Part shown: positions 11,897-64,000 of the stretch, one piece after another
Layout: every line of letters begins with the position of its first letter
How positions within the stretch are numbered: the stretch's first letter is position 1
Assembly: GCF_009914755.1 (NCBI RefSeq)
Contig: NC_060944.1
From: the human T2T-CHM13v2.0 reference genome, Homo sapiens
Direction: 5' to 3' (one strand)
DNA: 64,000 bases
Made by a program: the position numbers and the translations under genes
Notes under the pieces: generated by a model
Told to the model about the DNA's origin: nothing
What the model saw: the letters and a program-made list of their open reading frames with translations, nothing else
The model's database searches: none

Positions 11897-13272
11897 TCTG
11901 ATTTTTTTTTTTTGTCAGAGTATAAAAAAGTGAGTGCAGCAAAACAAGGAAGACGAGACAGGCGTGCGTGGGCCAGGGCAAGACAGAGGAGAAGGGAGGG
12001 AAGCAGAGGCAGAAGGGCCCCTTGGGCGAAGGCTGATGGTGGGAGGCGGGCAGAATACTTGCGCAGCCACACAGGGGCAGGGATGAGGGTCTCCCCGTGG
12101 TGGGGGCTTACAGGATGGGAGCGGCCAGGCCAGTTGTCCAAATTCCACCTGGGACCTGCAGTGACCAGCCTCGAGTCTGGAGGCTCAAAGCACACAGAGG
12201 GGACTAGGGGCTCAGCCTCATCTGTCCCTGAGATTTTCAGAAGCCACAGGGGGACTGGGAGAGGGCAGAGGCGCAAGAGGGTGGAGGCGGCTAGGGCCGC
12301 CCTCACTGTCCTTCCGCCAGGCAGCACCAGCCCCAAACCACCCAGAGAGGGGTTGCTCAGGCCTCTGGGAGGGTGTAAGGGGAGTGGCCCTGGGAAGGCC
12401 TCTCCCCTGAATCCAGGCCTTCTTGGGAAAGCAGCAATGGGAAGGCCCACGCACAAGGCCCTTGTTCTTGAGGGCGAGAGGGGGGAAGACCATAAAAGCA
12501 AGATTTTCCCAAAGATAGGGCAGGGAGCACTGCTAAGCCTGGGCCCTGGGCGCGGAGCCACCTGGACAGGGCTGGGGTTCTCGTTGTGCCACATTTTGTC
12601 TCTGGCGCTTGGTCAATCTGGTCCTTTCTCAGCTTTACTTCTCATGAATAGAGGGGGTGTGGTGACGATGTATAAATAATGATGAAAGTGCTTGGCATGG
12701 TGCCCGTTAGGCGGGTGCTGATGGCCACTACTCTAGATGATGGGTTGGCCTGCTGGGCCCTGGCAGGTGCATGGGCACAAGCCACAGGGAGCCGAGGCAG
12801 CTTATGGTACCTGTGTGGGCCAACCTGGAGGTGCTGGGGAACGACCTAGAACTGGGCTGGGTGGGTGGACAGACAAGTGACTCAGCAGGCGATGGGGGAC
12901 CGACATCACGTGGAGAGGGGAATGTAAATAAACAGACTCCCTGGGAGTCTAGGGGGGACATCCAAACCGGTTCTGGCTCCAGGCAGCTGCCCCACATGCT
13001 GCCAGCTGCACCAGGGGAGGGCTTGGGCTCAGGTCCCAGGAGGTGGGGCCACACTCAAGCAGCCCCCTACCCACCCAGCCCCAGGGCACGACCTGGAATG
13101 TCCAACCAGAGGCGCCTGGAGGTGTGATCCTGGTCCTGTCTGTCCGTTGGGCCAGCCTGGCCGCCCCGGCATCCCGCAGGGTCCAAGAGGCGCTGCGGGG
13201 CCAGCTTGGCCTCCTCCCTAGCCGTGGACTCCCATCACAGTGCTGGGGTCTGGGTTCAAGCCTCAGCAGCAG

Positions 13273-17229
<3,957 letters not shown>

Positions 17230-18734
17230 GGGGCCCGCGGGTGCCAGGCCCGCGCACACGCCCCTCGCCGAGTGCAGGGCGGCCGGTGTGGCCGGCGGGG
17301 AACGCGCGCCGCCGCCCCGCCCCGCCCCAGCCGGCCCCGCGCCCGAGCCGGTCCCCGCGGCCCGCGAGTGTGCGCGACGAGGCACCTGCCGCCGAGCCCT
17401 GTGTGCCGGGCGCGCTCCGGGAGCTCCGAGGTGTGTCGGCGGCGCGCGGGCCTGCGTGCACCAAGGCTGTCCGCCAGGGCGAGGGGCGTCCGTGCGCCCC
17501 TGGGCACGGCTCCGCGGAGGAGAGTCCCCGTGAACCTGCCGGGCGTCCTCTGAGGTCGGGCCCCTCTGTGCGTGGGGGTGGGCTGAGGGGCATCTCACAG
17601 GGGTCTTCTACCTACCGGGGCCAGGACAAGGGGCAGGTCAACGCCTCCCACACACTTTCCTCGGTCTCCTACGTCTTTACTCGCCTTCAAATAGGCACCC
17701 GCTTCCCCGGAGAAACCAGCTTGACTCTTGCTTACCGCCCACCCCACTGTGAACATCAGGGTGGTTCTCCCTTCCCTCTGCAGCCCCAGAACCTGGCTCA
17801 GTGCCCGGGGGAGAGGGGGCGGTACAGTGCTCTGTAACTGAAAGGGGCTTGGCTTGCCTGGAGATGGGGCAGAGGGGAACTCCAAGGAGGCTGTAGCAGG
17901 CCGGAGCGGTGTGTTTGCTCCAGGACTCCAGTGAGAAGTGCTGAGATGGGGCTGGGCTAGGGAACTGTGGTTGCCTGGTGCAGCAGCAGGCCAGGCTTGC
18001 AACCAGCTATTCGGCTTGCTCTGCCCAGGAGCCTGGGTGCTCTCCCTGGGTGTATGTAGGGGCTCTGGAGGATGTCTTACAGCAGGAGGACCAGAGATGC
18101 ACACAGACATGTAGAAATGCATGCACAGAGTACAGTCATGCACTTGCACCCAAAACACGAGCACACGTGACCTCTGTGCACACACCCCACTAATCACACA
18201 CACAGAATTCACCCACATGCTTGACAGCCATGTTCATGTACTGACGTGTTCCCGACAGCTCAGCTGCGGTTATTTATTTCGTCAATTAGCTCTCCAGGAG
18301 CTAAGGATGTGGCCCTCACCAGAATGTCCAAGGCATGTTGGCGGGCGTGGGTGGGGTCTCTAGTCCCACTGGAGGGACAGATGCCTGAATGGGGGTTCAA
18401 GAATATGAGTGCTAAAAGCGTAGGGCAGCAGTGTGCGCACAGGACGCACACAGACAGGTGTGCCCATAACCAGTACACACAAGCTCTACACAACTGGACA
18501 GGGTACAGCTCTGCTCGGACAGGGCGCACCAGGGGCGAGGGCGGGCAGCTGGGCTGGTTCAGAGGGAGGGGGCCATGGGTTCAGAGGGAGGGGACCATGG
18601 GTCCCACTCTCACAGACAGGTCTCCGGACTGCATCAGAGCACTCGGGAAGCAGCAATGCCCCAGGCTGTTTTTAGCCCCCAGGGGCCAGTTAGGGTCCCA
18701 GTGCAAGCTCGACCTAGCTTCTTCCGCCTCTCCA

Positions 18735-64000
<45,266 letters not shown>

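Overview
This is a primate, almost certainly human, genomic window matching the ZNF512B-SAMD10-PRPF6 locus (20q13.33 by my recall). Three spliced genes were reconstructed exon by exon with GT-AG junctions and continuous reading frames. ZNF512B (- strand) has a non-coding exon 1 in a CpG island at ~7.0-8.0 kb and coding exons 2-16 (809 codons); its last exon lies outside the window. SAMD10 (- strand) is complete, with 5 exons, 202 aa and a poly(A) signal at 11891-11896. PRPF6 (+ strand) has exons 1-14 and most of exon 15, arranged head-to-head with SAMD10. Introns are dense with Alu, L1, MaLR LTR and MER47/Tigger relics, plus a 23x59-bp VNTR, an 11x44-bp Alu-head minisatellite and a 17-unit UG-rich compound repeat. 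There are no rRNA, tRNA or CRISPR features, and I cannot demonstrate a new biological system from sequence alone. The strongest testable leads are an in-frame SAMD10 exon 4 to ZNF512B exon 2 read-through junction; a VNTR whose every unit carries a 3' splice-site-like cassette and an ETS site inside a splicing-factor gene; an in-frame stop-free PRPF6 intron 5; a duplicated ZNF512B donor; and a skippable exon encoding the NuRD-binding motif.
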